Positions 12,984 through 27,100 of a stretch of DNA of 64,000 nucleotides are shown here, piece by piece. The notes beneath the pieces were generated by a model. The model ran no database searches. It saw nothing but the letters and a program-made list of their open reading frames with translations, and had not been told where the DNA came from. The position numbers were made by a program, and so were the translations under genes. The DNA comes from Protoeuglena noctilucae (Eukaryota): contig OY253676.1 of NCBI GenBank assembly GCA_958009085.1, positions 744,001 through 808,000 of the forward strand, in the 5' to 3' direction. Every line of letters starts with the position of its first letter. The first letter of the stretch is position 1.

Positions 12984-13481
12984 CAAACTCTCCGCCTCAT
13001 CGCGCGGGCAGCGGCAGGCCGCCCTGAGGCGATGCAGCAAGATGCAGCGGTGCGGCATCCTGCAGGGGTCGCTGTGGGCCGGGGGACTCGTCAATCCCAG
13101 ACGGACACAAGTGTTTTGCATCGTGCTTTCATCTCGCAGCTCCGCCCGTGCCGACGGGACCCGCGCGCGCTTCCCGGCGCCGGGCTCAGAACGAGCCAAA
13201 AGTGACGACGGGGCGAAGTGGCGGTGGGGCCCGGGAGAGCGGTCGCAGCAGGCCGAAACCGTAGCCCATGGCAACCAACGCCGGAATATGACACGAGAGC
13301 GCGGAGGTCGTCCAGCGAAACCGCGCGGAGACTCGCCTGCTTCCCGCCCGTCATGGTGCAGCGGGGCAGAGCACCCTGCGAGAGACGCTCGACGCGGACG
13401 AGGCTTGAGCTGCTCCTTATATTATCCAATGTCCAGGAAAGCTGCTGTTGCGCATGCAGCAGGGGCCAAGCGCGCGCGCAA

Positions 13482-14439
13482 ATGGCACGGCCAGCTGTGG
13501 CGCCGACGCTAACAACCCCGCGGTCGCGGCCAGGCTCATCCGCTGCACTACACCAGCGCGCCAGAATAGCCACAGCGAACGAAGAGTAAGCTTAGACCTC
13601 TTGGCCCGGCGCCTCTTCGACGTTTCCTGCGCCAGGCTCACTGCAGTGCCGGTGCAGCGGGTGCTGGTGAAAGGCTCGGGCCGAAGGGCGTCGCGCTGCA
13701 TTGCGGTTGTGAGGTGTCGAGCATCTTGCGCTCAATCATATAGACACAGGCCCGGAATTAGCTTGGAGACCGGGGTCGGTCCCTTCCGAGATCCTCATCG
13801 CGCGGGGGGCAGCGCAAGCAAGCTTAGGCCGACGAGGGTGTCATCGGCGGTGGCTGCTGAAGTGGCCAAAGCGGGAGGTCAGGGCGCGGGGGGGCCACAG
13901 GGATCGGCAGGGCGCTTTGATGACGAAGTTCCCGCGCCTGGACGCGCGGGCTTACCGACAGGCCCGCCGGCTCCTCAAGAAGTTCCGGTAAGGGTCACTT
14001 GGGTGGGGCGTCGGGTGCCGCTCAAGGCTCGACCGGCGCCCTGGGCTTGGCAGCCAGCCGCGGCGCGTCCCCGCAAAGACGGGGAGCTCGATGCGCCCCT
14101 GCAACCTTGAGACATGCATGCGCTTCGCATCACTTGATGGCTGCAGGGAACTGAAGAACGCCCAGGGCTTGGAGCAGGGCCTGGACCTGCCTACGCACCT
14201 CCAGGGCCTCAAAGACTACTTCACGTACGATGCTCAGCAGGCCAGGTGATTTGTGGGCGGTTCACGTGTTCCCGGGGAAGGGTGCGCGCGAGCCCATGGA
14301 CGCGTGGAGCGAGAACGAGCATCCCCAGGTGTGCACACTGTGCAGCACGAATGTGACACACACGGCCTCTGGCCCCCGCAGGATGGTGCCAGTCCTAAGC
14401 ATCGACAAGCTGAAGACCGTCCTCGCTCCAAAGCAATAG
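13482..14439 (+). CDS. Small spliced hypothetical protein
   Basis: Phase-consistent exons ...LMTKFPRLDARAYRQARRLLKKF|RELKNAQGLEQGLDLPTHLQGLKDYFTYDAQQA|RMVPVLSIDKLKTVLAPKQ* with GT donors (about 13988, 14246) and cag acceptors. The start is a guess. Confidence 0.4.
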
Positions 14440-14946
14440 GCCGTCGTTTTGGAGCCCAAAAGTCGCTGGATGTTGCCTTTGCACGCACCTAGCCCGGGAG
14501 AGAAGTTACTGACCGAGGGTACATAACTTGTTGAAATGCCTGTTCTCTAGTCAGTTGTGGCGCCGTAGAACCGACAGCCCAAGCTAGCTGCTGGCAACTT
14601 GGTAGCCACGAGCCGTTTTGACGGCGCTGCATGCTCGCGGACTGGTGACGAGGATAACAAAAAGGGACGTGGCCCGCCGAGGGCGCTTGCGGTGCGTCGA
14701 CGGGGACGGGAGGGTGGCACACAGGTGGCGCATGCGTGGCGAAGCGCCGCTGATCCTGGCGCTGCCGCAGACGTTGCCGTACTCTGCTGTGGATCGCAGG
14801 TTGGGCCCGGAGCACAGGCGTTGCTGCGCCGGCGCAGGCGCTTGCTGCCCCGTCGTCGGGGGGCGTTGTTGCATCGACAGCATGGGCTACCCGCTCCGGC
14901 ACAGCGCCCGCAGCCAGCCTTGAGCCGTGAGCGGTCGTGAGTGACT

Positions 14947-17900
14947 ATGGAGGAGCGAGCGAAGAAGTCCACGGGCAGAACCGGCCCCCAGCCGGGTGAG
15001 GGACACATCTGTCATGCGCGCATCCCGTCCTGGCTTTTGGGTGCCGCCGGGCTCGTCCTGAGGACCCGTCTGCCTCCGGCTGCAGCGTCTCGTCTACCGG
15101 CCCATGATAGGCGCGCGATACGCCTGGTGCGCGAGGCGGACGTGATCCTGGACGCCGCGGCAAAGGCCGCGAGCGAGTCGCAGACGCACTATCAGCGCAT
15201 GGCCGCGGCGACCGAGGAGCTCGCCGACGCACTGGACGCTATCATGGAGCCTCTCCTCGCCGTGGTCATGCCGGACAAGGCCGCCTTGGAGCGCGGTGCC
15301 CTCGCAGTCAAGGCCTTCCTGGAAGCCGTCGAGGTGAGGACACGGCAGTCGCGGCTCTCCCCACCGGCGCCTGGCTGCACCGAGGACGAGGTTCTGTTAT
15401 CAACATCATAATTGGTTGCCTTGAACCTCGCCCATGCTATCGGATTGCTCTCTCCGTGCAGAAGGACGGCCCCAAGCTCTCCGGCTGCGTACGCCGCTGT
15501 GTGCTGGAGCTGACCAAGCTCACCGGCGAGCGCGAGGTGCCCGGCCTGGACGCCAGCGTCACCAAGCGCGCCCGGACGGCCAGCCAGGCCCTCCACGGGC
15601 TGCGCCTGCCGGACGACCTCCGTGCGCAGTGCGAGGTGGTCCTGGCCCGGATGCGCACCGTGTACGACCTGGTGTCCGCGGGAGTTGATCCCTGGCCCGA
15701 TCGCATGGCGGGGCTGCTGCTGGGGAATTTGGAGTCCATGGGACCTCAGGCCCACTTCCCCAAAGAGCTCATGCAGCGCATCGAGGCGATCAAGGCATCC
15801 CTGCAGCGCATCCCAGAGCCTCGCGGGGCCGGGGGCGGGCTACTCCGAGACCAGGCGAAGCGCGAGATGGTGAGCGTGCCTGGCGCGGGGCTGGGGGCGA
15901 CGCCTGTGGGTGGGGAGTATGCTTAGCGGCTGGGAGGTACCATGTGTGCTTGCAGGCAGGCGCAGTGCATGCTGGGAGAGCTGACTCGGGCATCTGATGA
16001 GGCGAATAAAGAAATCATTTTAGGATCTCTTCATGCCCATTTGTTCCCGCAGCGGTACGAGGGCCTGCCCGCCCTGGCGGTGGAGACGGACAAGGTGGTG
16101 GCGTTGGTGTGGCAGCTGGCGTCCACGGGGCGCGTGACCCTGCCGAGCGACACGGCGGCGATGCTGCGGTCGGTCCAGGAGGGCTACAGCTCCATGCTGG
16201 ATGCGGCGTTTGCGGCGCTCGAGGCGTGCGACGGGCTGTCGCCGATCGTGGGGGAGGCGAAGCAGGCGATGGCGCGAGGTCTCAGTGCTGCCAAGGAGGT
16301 GGCAGAGGTGGTGCTGCCCCTGGCACACTTCCGGACGGGTTTGGATCTCGAGGAGCCAAACGGCGCCCCTGGGGCCGAGGCTGGGGACAAGGAGGTGAGG
16401 GGCAGCTGGGCAGACGAAACGCCCAGGGGTCGTTGTCGCCTGCTTGGATGCTGAGTGACCGACAGCATGTGTGTATGCGTCTCTTGACTGCAGCCGTCCA
16501 CAGCGGGGTACCAGGGTGGCGAAAGGGACGACGATGCGGGCTCTCCAAAGGGATTGACACAGACGAGGGCCCAGCACAACGGCTCCCTGATGCGCACGGT
16601 CAAGTCGACTGCGACGACCTCGGGACGCGAGGTGAGGCCTCACCTCGTTTAAACATGACTCGAGAGTCTCTTGGCTACAGTTCAAGGTGGTGTAGTGGCA
16701 ATATGTGCGCCAGCTGCGCCGCTGGGCCGCGCTGGGCGGGCAGTAAGGGAGCGATGCTATCGCTTGGCTGCGTGGCGACAAGCTCGTTGTTGACATGCAT
16801 CCAAATGATCTCATCGGAACAAGACACGACACGATCCGCCCCTCTGCCACCCACACGCAGGGGCGCCCCAAGGACCCCGCACCATCTCGCCCCACCTCGC
16901 GCCCCCGCCTGTCGCGACAGTTCCTGGACCTCCCGGCCCACCTGCACCCCAAGCGCATCCGCTGGACCCGCGCGGGGGCCGCGGCGATCGGCACGGGCGC
17001 CTGCGCGGGTGTCCTGTTGGCCGGCGGGGTCGGACTGGTCGTCTACTTTGTCGTGGGTGTGGGCGAGCGTGCGTCGGACATAATCGGTGTCCCGGGCATC
17101 GGCTATGCTGCCATGATCCTCGGCCTGGCGTTGCTGGCGGTCAGCCTGGCGTTAGTCTACATGCACCGACGTGTCGTGGCCAATCGGGAGGCCGAGTGGG
17201 ACGCATGGCAGGAGTACGCAGCGCACTTGCGAGAGAAGAACGCAGCGGGCGCAAAGGGGCAGCAGGGAGGCCAGGCGTCGAGGGGGGTGTCGGGGGCGAT
17301 GGGGACGGGGCGTGGGCGGCTGTCTGGGGCGCGGTCGAAGGGCCCGGGAGGGCCGGGGGTGCAGGCGAGCGACGCGACGGCGGGGTGGGAGCCGGCGGCG
17401 GGCGAGGGGCACCGCGCGCGTGCCGAGACCGGGGTGGTTGTGCTCGAGTCGGGGGACGTGGGGGAGGAGGTGTTGGAGGTGGATGGCGCTGGGGATAGCG
17501 GCGGGGAGGGCGCGAGGGCGTCTGGGGGCAGCAGGAGGCGCGGGTCCGATGCGGGTGGTGACGATAACAACGATGCTGGGTTTTGGCGCGGCATTCCGGA
17601 GCCTCCGCCACCGCTGCGTCGCCACGAGCATTTCGACGCCGAGCTGTCGTCGCTGGCCATGACGCTGGGCGTGGGGCGGATGACGGAGCCGGACTTGGTG
17701 TGGATTGTGGAGGAGCTGGCGGGGTCCCCGCTGCCCAGGGATGGGACCGACGCATGGACGCGGATGGCTACGTGTTTTACTTCCACGAGAAGGCGAGAGA
17801 TGAGGATGTTTGTTGAGAGTGAATCGAGGCTGTGTGAACGCGCATGTCTTGATGTACATGTCAACTTGTCCCAATTCTCCTGCCCTCTGCGCAGACTGGG

Positions 17901-18695
17901 GAAAGCCGCTGGGAGCCGCCGCCGCCGCTTAACGACATCTACGCGCACGAGCTCGAGCTCTGCAGGGAAGACCCCCAGCACCGGGCATTCCGGTCGCAGC
18001 AGCGGGGCGGGCGGGCCGGACCCGCACCGGGTGCCAATCTGTCAACCACCCTCCCTGCCACAACGGGGGCTGCTTCCATGCAAGCCTCTCCACCACAAGC
18101 TCCTCCCATGCAAGCCCACCACGCGACGATGGGCACTATGCCTCACAGCCACTTCGCACCGCCTGCACCCAACCTCTCGCCGCCGCCAGCCGGGCCGCAG
18201 GGGCACCCTGGCCGGTTTGGCGGGCCCCCTCCAGCCATGTCGACATCGACGTCCCACCCTACCCAGCAGCCCCCGCCCTGGGCGTCGCAAGGCCCGCCCT
18301 CGATGCATCGCAATGCGCCTGCGGGCCCCGGGCCCGGCGGATGGCAGCCGCAGGCAGGGTGGGGTCCACCGGGGGTTGCACGACCGCAAGGGTGGCAAGG
18401 CAGTCCCGGGTACGCACTGGGCATGCAGGGCCCTCCTGGATCCATGCCGCGAGGGCCGCCGGGTCCAGGCGCGATGAACCCATCGGCGCCGAGCATGGGC
18501 CGCGTGGGTCAACCAAACGGGGGCAGTGCGGTGGGGGGCTACGGCGGCCCTCCGCCCCCATGGCAGGCGCGGGGGCCACCCCACTGGCCGCCGGGAAATT
18601 ACCTCAATCCTAATGGGGGATACCCTAACGGGGGATACTATGCGCCGCCCCAGGGGCCCTCTAGGTCGATGGGGCGCCCACCTGGCCCTTCCTGA
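14947..18695 (+). CDS. Helical N-terminal region, two TM helices, CEP164-like WW module and Pro/Gly-rich tail; one apparent 1-nt frameshift at about 17736
   Basis: In-phase exons run through 16861. TM segments at about 16975-17165. EPDLVWIVEELAGSPLP/QGWDRRMDADGYVFYFHEK|TGESRWEPP is a WW domain, which then joins the Pro-rich ORF 18078-18695. Confidence 0.6.
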
Positions 18696-18885
18696 CACGC
18701 TTAGGCAATTTCTTAGATAGAGCTTGGCCTCTCAGCATGCCCAAGACACACAAGCCCTTTGATGTCATAGACCCAGCTCAGCCTGTTTTCAACCTGTTTC
18801 ACGCCTAGGGCTGACCGCTGCGCTACGGTTTGAATGACGCTGCTGAAGTACTGCTGCCCTAGTCAATGCGCTGAGAGCCATGTTC

Positions 18886-20248
18886 TCAAACAGCGCCCAT
18901 TGCAGCGGGCTTGGACGTCGGGCCTTCGTCCATCATATCGGCATCCTCCTCCGTCAGGAGCTTGCCGCTCTTGGATTTGAATAACATGGCGCTGAGCGGG
19001 CGGACAGTGACCATTGCCGTGCAGCATTACCACACAAGATGACCACCACAGACCAAGCCCAGCACAGCACAGCGCAGCAGAGTATGTCAGAGTATTGGCG
19101 AAGGAACACAGAGAATCGCGGTATCCATCTCACCGGAGGTGGCCGTGGGAGTCGACGCGCAGAGACGCCTCGAGCGTGCGCAGCGACGGCAGGGGCTTGT
19201 TGAACGCCAAAATCGTGCTGTCGCCCTGCCCCTCAACCAGCTGGCTCTGCACATGGCGGCACAGTCGAGCTACTGAGCCAGCAGTAATGCACTATGAATC
19301 CATCGTCAGCAGATGCAGCCCACAGCATACTTGGGCAACCCTCTGCATGCTTGGACCCCACATGTCACATGTCAGACTCGCCTCAAAGAAGCACCCTCGT
19401 GGGAAGTCACTGAGGCGCCCAACGGCCTCGGGGCGGTGCGTGGCGAAGACGAGGGCGTGCTCGTCGGCGTCGAGACCCCAGTAGAAGTGCGTCTTGCCCT
19501 GAGAGCTGCGTGCGGCCAGGACGTACCCCGCCCCCGCGTCGTAAAGCACGAAAGCGAAGTCGCCCTGCATGGCGGACAGCACGGTCGCCGGCTGATCCGT
19601 GGAGTCCCCTTCCGTGTCCGAAAACCCGCTCCAGTAGAGGTGCTGGACCAGCGCGGCGCCCGTCAGGTCCTGACCGGGCGGGACGTCAGAAATGTCCACG
19701 TCGTAGAGGTCCAGCAGCTCGGGGCCATTCTCAATGCGGCCCTGCGACGCGAGCGTCGGAAGCAGCTCCCGCTCGTGTCATTGCAAGTGAGGGTTAGGGT
19801 AGGCCCTCTCCCAAGTGATGCCGCCGGGAGCCGCAGATGCGGGGAAACCCTAAAACTGCCCGCACCTCCATCAAGACCACGAACTGGTCCCCGCCCTCCT
19901 CGCGGGCGCCCGTCACGAGCTCGTACTGATTGTCCGTGACGGCAAAGGAGGCGTCCGCGAAGTGAACCTCGCGGAGTGGGCGACGATGGGCGATCAGCTC
20001 GGCCAGCTGCGTGGCGACGTCCCGAGGCTCCAAATACTCCTTGAACCCGACGCCCGCGTGAGGACCCTCCTCAGCCTCCATGTCATCCTCCTGACCCTGC
20101 GCCCGGACCGCTCAGCGGGGCTTGGGGCACCAGCGTTGATCGCAAGGTAAAATAACACCCTCCTGGCCGCTGCTCTCACCCAGATGTCCCTGGCCAGATT
20201 TACCGCATGAGGCGGCACCACGGCGGCCTTCCGGACGACACCAAACAT
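18886..20248 (-). CDS. Wali7/TSJT1 (aluminium-induced, DUF3700, Ntn-fold asparagine-synthetase-like) protein
   Basis: LSAMQGDFAFVLYDAGAGYVLAARSSQGKTHFYWG, FPRGCFFE and LRVDSHGHL are family motifs. There is no N-terminal catalytic Cys (starts MFGVV). Confidence 0.75.
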
Positions 20249-21196
20249 CGCTGCGAGGAAACGCCGGGTGGGGTGAGCTGGCGCCAAAGAGCTATTTCAC
20301 CGCAAAACGCGCGCGTGGTCAGGCGTCGCGGATGTGCATGATAAATATATACTATCTGTCTCCGAATCGGCTGGCGCACGGCCTCGATACGCATGGATGT
20401 CGTTTTTTGTGGGGCGTCATGCTTGTTTGTTTGTTGGCGAAGCGCCGATCCGGCCAGCCACTCCGGCGCCCCGTGAATCTCACGGCGTATCCATCAACAG
20501 CAGATCTATCAGAACAGCAGTCTCTCGCCTGCTCCCGCGGCCCTGTCTCGCAGGGCCCGTCCTTGGTTACTGCGCTTCGCGACCCCTCTCGGTCGACGGC
20601 CAGGCGCTGACTCTCGGTCTCGCAAGGGTCTTGATGTTCTTCAGAGAGGCGAGAATTCTGCAAAACATGGTAAGTTTCACAGGCCATTGCACCAGCCGTG
20701 CCAGGTGCAGAAACAGCACGTTGCGACAGCGTTCCATCAGACTTCAACTATCTACGTCTCGCCTATTGCATTGACTATATGTGTTGCGTATGTGCACCGT
20801 GGCACGAAAACGACGAAAACGCCGAAAACGCCGTTCACTGTTGGGCTCCGGCTGTCGGCAAAAAGGTTCCACGGTCCGGGCTCAAACGCCTGGGTGGGTA
20901 GGGTAGGCTGCGAACTGCGAACAGCTCTACGGTAGTTTACGCATGAACTGATCCGTGAGATCTCATGCCAAATGCGTGAGTGCGTGCGTGGGTGGGAAAG
21001 GCTGCACTTGCCGGCTTGCCGATTGCTGGCCAAGAGAAAGGAGCATGTGTTGGATGCCTGTGTTGGATGCCTGTATTGGAGGAACGAGGATACAGCTGCC
21101 GTGCTGCGTGGGGCTGCCAGCACTAGTGTGGAAGTTGGAAAGTGGGGAGTGAGTCACCAGGCAACAACAGGGGAGTCGCGGAAAGTCACGGGATGC

Positions 21197-24100
21197 TCAG
21201 ATGGGTAAAACTCTGCTCGATGCCATCCTCTTGCCCGAAGCTGACGCGCCCTCGCGCACCGACGCCATGGCCGTGCTCTTGGACTTGCGCCCGGCCACCT
21301 GCGGCCCCGAAGGTGCAGGCCGGGCAGGAAACACCCTCGCTCCGTCCACGGCGTTGTGCGAGAGCCACCGCCGGCCACGGCTCGACCCGCTCGCCAGCGC
21401 CTGGGCCTCCAGCTTGATCTCGTGCCTCGACTGGAAGTCACGCATCCGCGCGATGTCTACCGACACGCGCCTGCGCTCCGGCGTCGACGTCGCGGTGGCC
21501 CGCGACCTCCGGCTGCCGCTGACCATGCGCGTCAGCACCCCCGGGGTCGCATGGCTCGAGTCCCGCAGCAGGCTGGCCTGCCGACCAGACCTGCTCGGGT
21601 CCGCCGCGCCCTGGTCCAGCATCCGCTGCGCCGCGCCCCGCGCCCGCTCGCGCACCGGCCCCTTCGGCAGCCGCGTCTCGCACAGCCGCCGGGAGAGCTC
21701 GAACAGCGTGGCCTGGAATGACACGCGCCCGCCCGGCAGCACGGGGATGTGGAGCGCAGCGACGAACTCGAGCATTTCGTGCGGCGGGGCGCCGCGCGGG
21801 ACCCCCAGGGGCGGTCCCAGAGTCACCAGGAGCTCCTCGAGTTCCTGCGTGCCAACGTAGCCCGAGCCGTCGTCGAGCGCGGCCCAGCGGTCGCGGAACC
21901 GCTCCACGGCGGCGTCCGTGACGACCCACGCCTCGCGCTTGAGCGTGAGCTCGTACGTCTCGATGATGACCGACGGCAGGAGCTGCAGGAGGACCATGGA
22001 CACGCACACCACGAAGGCGCAGAGGAAGGGCGCGGCCCAGGGGCTGCCGCACCGGGGCTGGCCGCGGCAGCCGTTCCCGTGCGTCATGTCGCGCATGAGC
22101 GTGCTCCACTCGTCGGCGGTGGCGACGCGCAGCAGGGTCACGAGTGCGATGCCCAGGTGCTCGAAGTTGGCGTGCTCGTTGAGGTCGCCCCCGCGGGCCT
22201 GGAGGCCGAACGCCTGGACTGCCACGTACGCAAACGCGAAGAAGACCACCGCGAGCACCGCCGCCACGTTGCCGAGGGCGGGGAGGGACGACCCCAGCGT
22301 GGCGAAGAGCATGTGCAGGCCACGCACGCGGCGCACCACGCGCAGCACGCGCAGCAGGCGGAGCAGGCGGATGGCCTGCAGGACGCCCTGCGCGCCGCCG
22401 GTCGACAGAGACAGCGTCAGAGCGCCGTCAATCACGGACACGGCAACCACGGCCACGTCGAACACGTTCCATCGCGATCGGAAAAACGGGACCCAGCCAT
22501 ACGCCGTCAGCTGCGCGACAGGGAGAGGTGGAGTTGACGTAAGTGGGTGAGCGGGGGCGGCTTAGCGAGGATAGGAAAGCGGGGGGTGGCACAGCGGGGT
22601 TGGCGCAGCAGACGGGAGATTGCATATGACACAGGTCGTAAGCACCATCCATCCAGCACAGGACAGAACCCGTGGCCTGACACCGGCAGAGTAGACAACA
22701 AGGTGATCAGGCTCACCTTGAGCGCCAGCTCTGCCAGATACACAGCGGTGAAGGCCATGTTGAGGCGGTCCAGCAGCGTCTGCCGTGCCGCGCCCATGCC
22801 CCAGGTGGCCGACGCCATGACGGCCACGTTTGCCAGAATGGCGACGAGCATGAACGTCTCGGTCCATGGCGACAGCACGACGCGGCCCACCCACCGCACG
22901 AACGGCGACTTGGACTTGCGGGGCGCCACCTGCGGTACGGGGGAGGGATGTGCAGATGGTCGAAACGCGCCGTGCTACAGACATGCTATGTGCGTATCAA
23001 CGACGGACCCACGGTGGTGAACGATCGCGCAATAACGATGCTGTCAGGCCTGGCGGCATGTCTGCACCCGCACCACTCTCTGTTACATCACTCGTTACCG
23101 TCAGCCCAGACATTCCGGTCCACGCGAGCGCACCTTGGGCCCCGTGGCATGGAGCACTGCGATGGTCTGGACCCACTCATGCTGTCGGGCCGAGAGCGCG
23201 CCAACCCCGGTGGCGTTGGCCTTGAGTTGCAAAAAGGACGAGAAGACGACACCCACGAAGAGGTTGAGCAGCGTGATGGTCACGACCATGGAAAACGCGA
23301 TGAAGAACACCAGGCCCATATGGTTGGACCCCGGTTGGGGCTGGATGCCCACGCCCCTCGCCGCCATGAGGTTATCGAGCGTGTCGCTGTACCCATCAAA
23401 CGTCGACATGACGAACAGCGACAGCACCGCCTGGAGCACGTTGTCGAAGTTGAACTGGGCGTTGGTCCACTCCCGCGGCAGCACGTTGCCCGTTGCGGGG
23501 TCTTGGTAGGCGCCCGTGCACTCGGATTGGGTGGACACGGAGGCGTCGTTGCAGCTGTAAAACTGGCCGCCGAAGAGCTCCACGCCCACCTGGGGTCGAG
23601 ACAGGGTGAGGGGCGATGAGCGGGGTTCGGATATCGTTGGGTTACGGTAGCGACATGCACATGCAGGACTGGGGCAAGCGTTGAGATGGATTTGCAAAGC
23701 CATTAAGGCGCGGCACCGGGATGGATATGGCAAGCACAGCTGGTAGCGCGGGCGTGGGTCGCGGGTCGGCGCAGTAAGACAAAGGCCGGCGGCGGCGGCA
23801 GGGGCGTGACTCACGATGGCGAATATGGCGAAGAACATGGCCAAGACAAGCGTGACATGGGACATGGCCGCGATGGACTGCACCACGCTCTTGAGCACCA
23901 GTTGCATTCCGGGGCTCAGCGCCAGCAGCCGCACGGGCCGCAGGGCCCGGAAGGCCCTCAGCACGCGCACGGCGGGCGAGTGGGGTGCGACAGCCTCCGC
24001 AGCCACGCTCACGGCGGAGGTGAGGACGACCGTGAGATCCATTACGTTCAGCCCGCTGCTGAGGTACCCCCGGAGGGTGAGGGCGATGATCTTGATGGCC

Positions 24101-27100
24101 GCCTCTGCTGCGAAGACCGCCGTGACGACACAATCGGCCCACCGCAGGGCCACATAGAGGGTCGACAGGGGAGACAGCGAGGGGCGGTCGAGCGCCATCA
24201 GAACGCAGTTGCCTGCGGGAGGTGACGGAGATGACGGGGAGTCAAGTGGCGGCACATGTGGTGCGGGCGGCAGGGCCGGTGGCGACTGCGGCCATGCACA
24301 CTGCGGGGCTGGGAGCTAGTAGCTGCGCAACGCTCACCAACGATGACGACGGCGATGGATGCCGTGAAGGTCGGGCTTTGGGCGATCGCCGCGCATGCCC
24401 TCCGCACCCAGCTGTGGGGCCCCAGGCAAAGGCACGAGTTGGCCAGCTCTGCCACCGACGCCGTGGGGCCGGACATCGGGCCTGGGCTGCCCTCGCCGTC
24501 GTCAAACGCCTCAGCCTCTGCCTCCGCCGGGCTCAGCAGGTCCTTGGTGGCCAAACCGCGCCTCTTGTTCACGACTGTCGCGTTGTGCTCGCTCGCACCT
24601 TGAAAGCGCGCCTGCTTGGACCACGCCTTGCGCGCCTCCTGGAGCCGCTGCCTCTGCAACGCGGACGAGGGTGACGGTGTGGGTGCGCGGGTGACAAGAC
24701 GGCGTGGGCTGGGCAACATGAACGCGTGGGCACAAGGGCGATGTGGGCCAGGGCCGTGACTGACATGACATCGTATAGCACGACTGATGTGCTGGGCCCC
24801 TTAGTGCCACGCCTCACCTCTCTCCGCAGCCGCTGAAGCTCTTCCTCGATCCGCGGCAGCCCCTTCTCATGACCCCGGGCCACCGCCTCGCGCAGCTTCA
24901 GCGCCTGGGCCTCTGCCCCGAACGCCAACGACATGCTCCGCGGCTCCACCAGCCTCGCTGGGCCCGGCTCCGGTCTTGGCGAGGCTGTGGGGCGGGCCCG
25001 CACGCCCGCGTTGGCACGCGGGTGGTCGACCGCAGCTGCACCCGGGCCGCCCCTCTCCACGGTGTGAAGGTTCGTGTGGGCTGAGGCAGTGCCAGGCTGC
25101 CTCGCCCTTGCCCTCATGACCTGGGCCACCGTGACGCTGGCCGACCGGGGAGCTTCCACGCGCGCCGCTAGCGCTACGAGGGTCCGTTCCCGGTGTCTGT
25201 GCGGCAGGAGGTCCGCGTCGGGAGTCGCGAGGTGGGGGGCGTCAGCGGGCGGCGCGTGGGCCGTGGCGGCGTGGGGCGATCGCAGACGCTGAGGGTCCAG
25301 GGCGCTGTCCCGGCGCTCGGGCTGAAGGAACGAGCCCAGCCTCGTGGCTCTCGTGAGGGCGAGGGTCATGGAGGCCAGCCGGTCGATGTGCAGGTGCATG
25401 GAGGGCGGTGCGGGGTAGGCAGCATCGAGAGCAGCCCCGTCGTGGTCGGCCGGGAGAGCGGCAGGCGGGTGGGACGAGCCCCCGTGCGCGCTCGCCGCCG
25501 CAGAGCGTGAGTGCGCGGAGCGAGGTCTCGGCGAGGCCCGGGACTCTGCCACAGGGCCGGCGGGGTGCATGCGAGGCGCATCAGTATCGGTGGCAGCGGT
25601 GGCGGTGGCGGCTGTCGCAGCCACCATCGTATCGGCAGCTGTCGCATCTGCAACGTCCGTGGCGTCCGTCACCGTGGCCGTGGGCCCATGACGATTCGCC
25701 TCCATCAGCTTTGCTGCGCCCAATGCCGGGTCCGGAGAGTCGCCATTGCATGGCCAGGCCTCGTGGGCGGGAGTCTGGACCGACATCGTCCTGCTGGCGG
25801 CCGTGGCGCGTGGCTGGTCGGTGAACGACACGCGGCTCAGTCCGCTGGGGTGCGTAGCGCGGGTAGGGGCGATGCGAGAGGGGTTCCGGGAGGGTGCGAT
25901 CGGCGCCTGGGCCCCACTGGACACGGTGGGTGAGCTACGGAAGACCGGCTGCACTGCACTCTCGCGCCGCTTGGTCACGGACTTCGCGATGGCAGAGTCG
26001 GTGACGGGCTCGACCCCGGCACCTTGCGTGTACGAGGGATGCTCGACTTTGGTGGACCGGCTTTCGCCAGGGTCAGTGGACCTGCCGGGTCCCTGCAAGC
26101 AGTGTAAGGCGATGGGAGGGGCGATGGCGGGGAGATTGGTAACATTGATGGACATGGGTGTCCCATGTGTGAGGAGATGGCAAGGTGGCATCGGTGGGAA
26201 ATCAGCTAACGCCGTCTGGGTATGTACGTCCCCTGCGCCGTGCAATCGGATCGACGCTGTCACAGGCAGTCGTGTGCATCGTACTATTGGCGCTGTCTGT
26301 CGGCATGCTGCGTCTCGCCTGCAGGAGCGCCTGGAAGGAGTGGAGGATGACGGCGACGAAGAGTGTGAGGCATACGATGTGCCCGAGAGTCACCCAAGCC
26401 ACGAAGAAGGCGGCGGCCCACCACCCCTCGGCCTGGATGTACGCGTGCATCACGTCGTTCCAGTTCTCCAGAGTCATCACCTGCAGAAGCGCAGCATGGG
26501 ACGAAGCGATAGCCAGGCAGCTTGATCGCTTGCGTGCGCCACGGTCCTCGCAGTTATGTGCCGCCGCTCGCCTGGAAGGTGGTCCGGAGTGCCGAGAGGA
26601 AGTCGCCATAATTGGTGGAGCTGCCAAGGTCGCCTGCAGGGCCCAGGAGGCGCATCCCGGCAGCCGCGAAGGTCAGCAGGAGAGTGCACAAGAGGACGGC
26701 AGCCGCGGAGAGAGCCCCCAGGGACGTCAGGATCACGTTGCCGATGCGGTGTAGGGCGTCGAGGTAGCTGCGTGCGGGCGGCAGGGGCGCAGGTCATCGA
26801 CTGGTGATACAGATGCTGGCACTCGGTGCGTCGAGGTGGGTCGTTTAAGCAACACAGCTGACGGTCTGTTCATATCGAGAACACGATCCATGACCCTGCA
26901 TGAGCACCCTGCAAGCGGCTCTCCCTGTCCCCAAACACAGCGGCTCTCCCTCTACCCAGTCGCTGCCGAGTTCCGCACACCCCTGCGCTCACCGGAACAT
27001 CTTGAAGACGCGCAGCACCCTGAGGAGCCGCAGGATGCGCACGACGCGCAGGATGGACAGCGAGTGGCCGCCCGTCTGGCTGAGCGTGACGGCCACGTCG

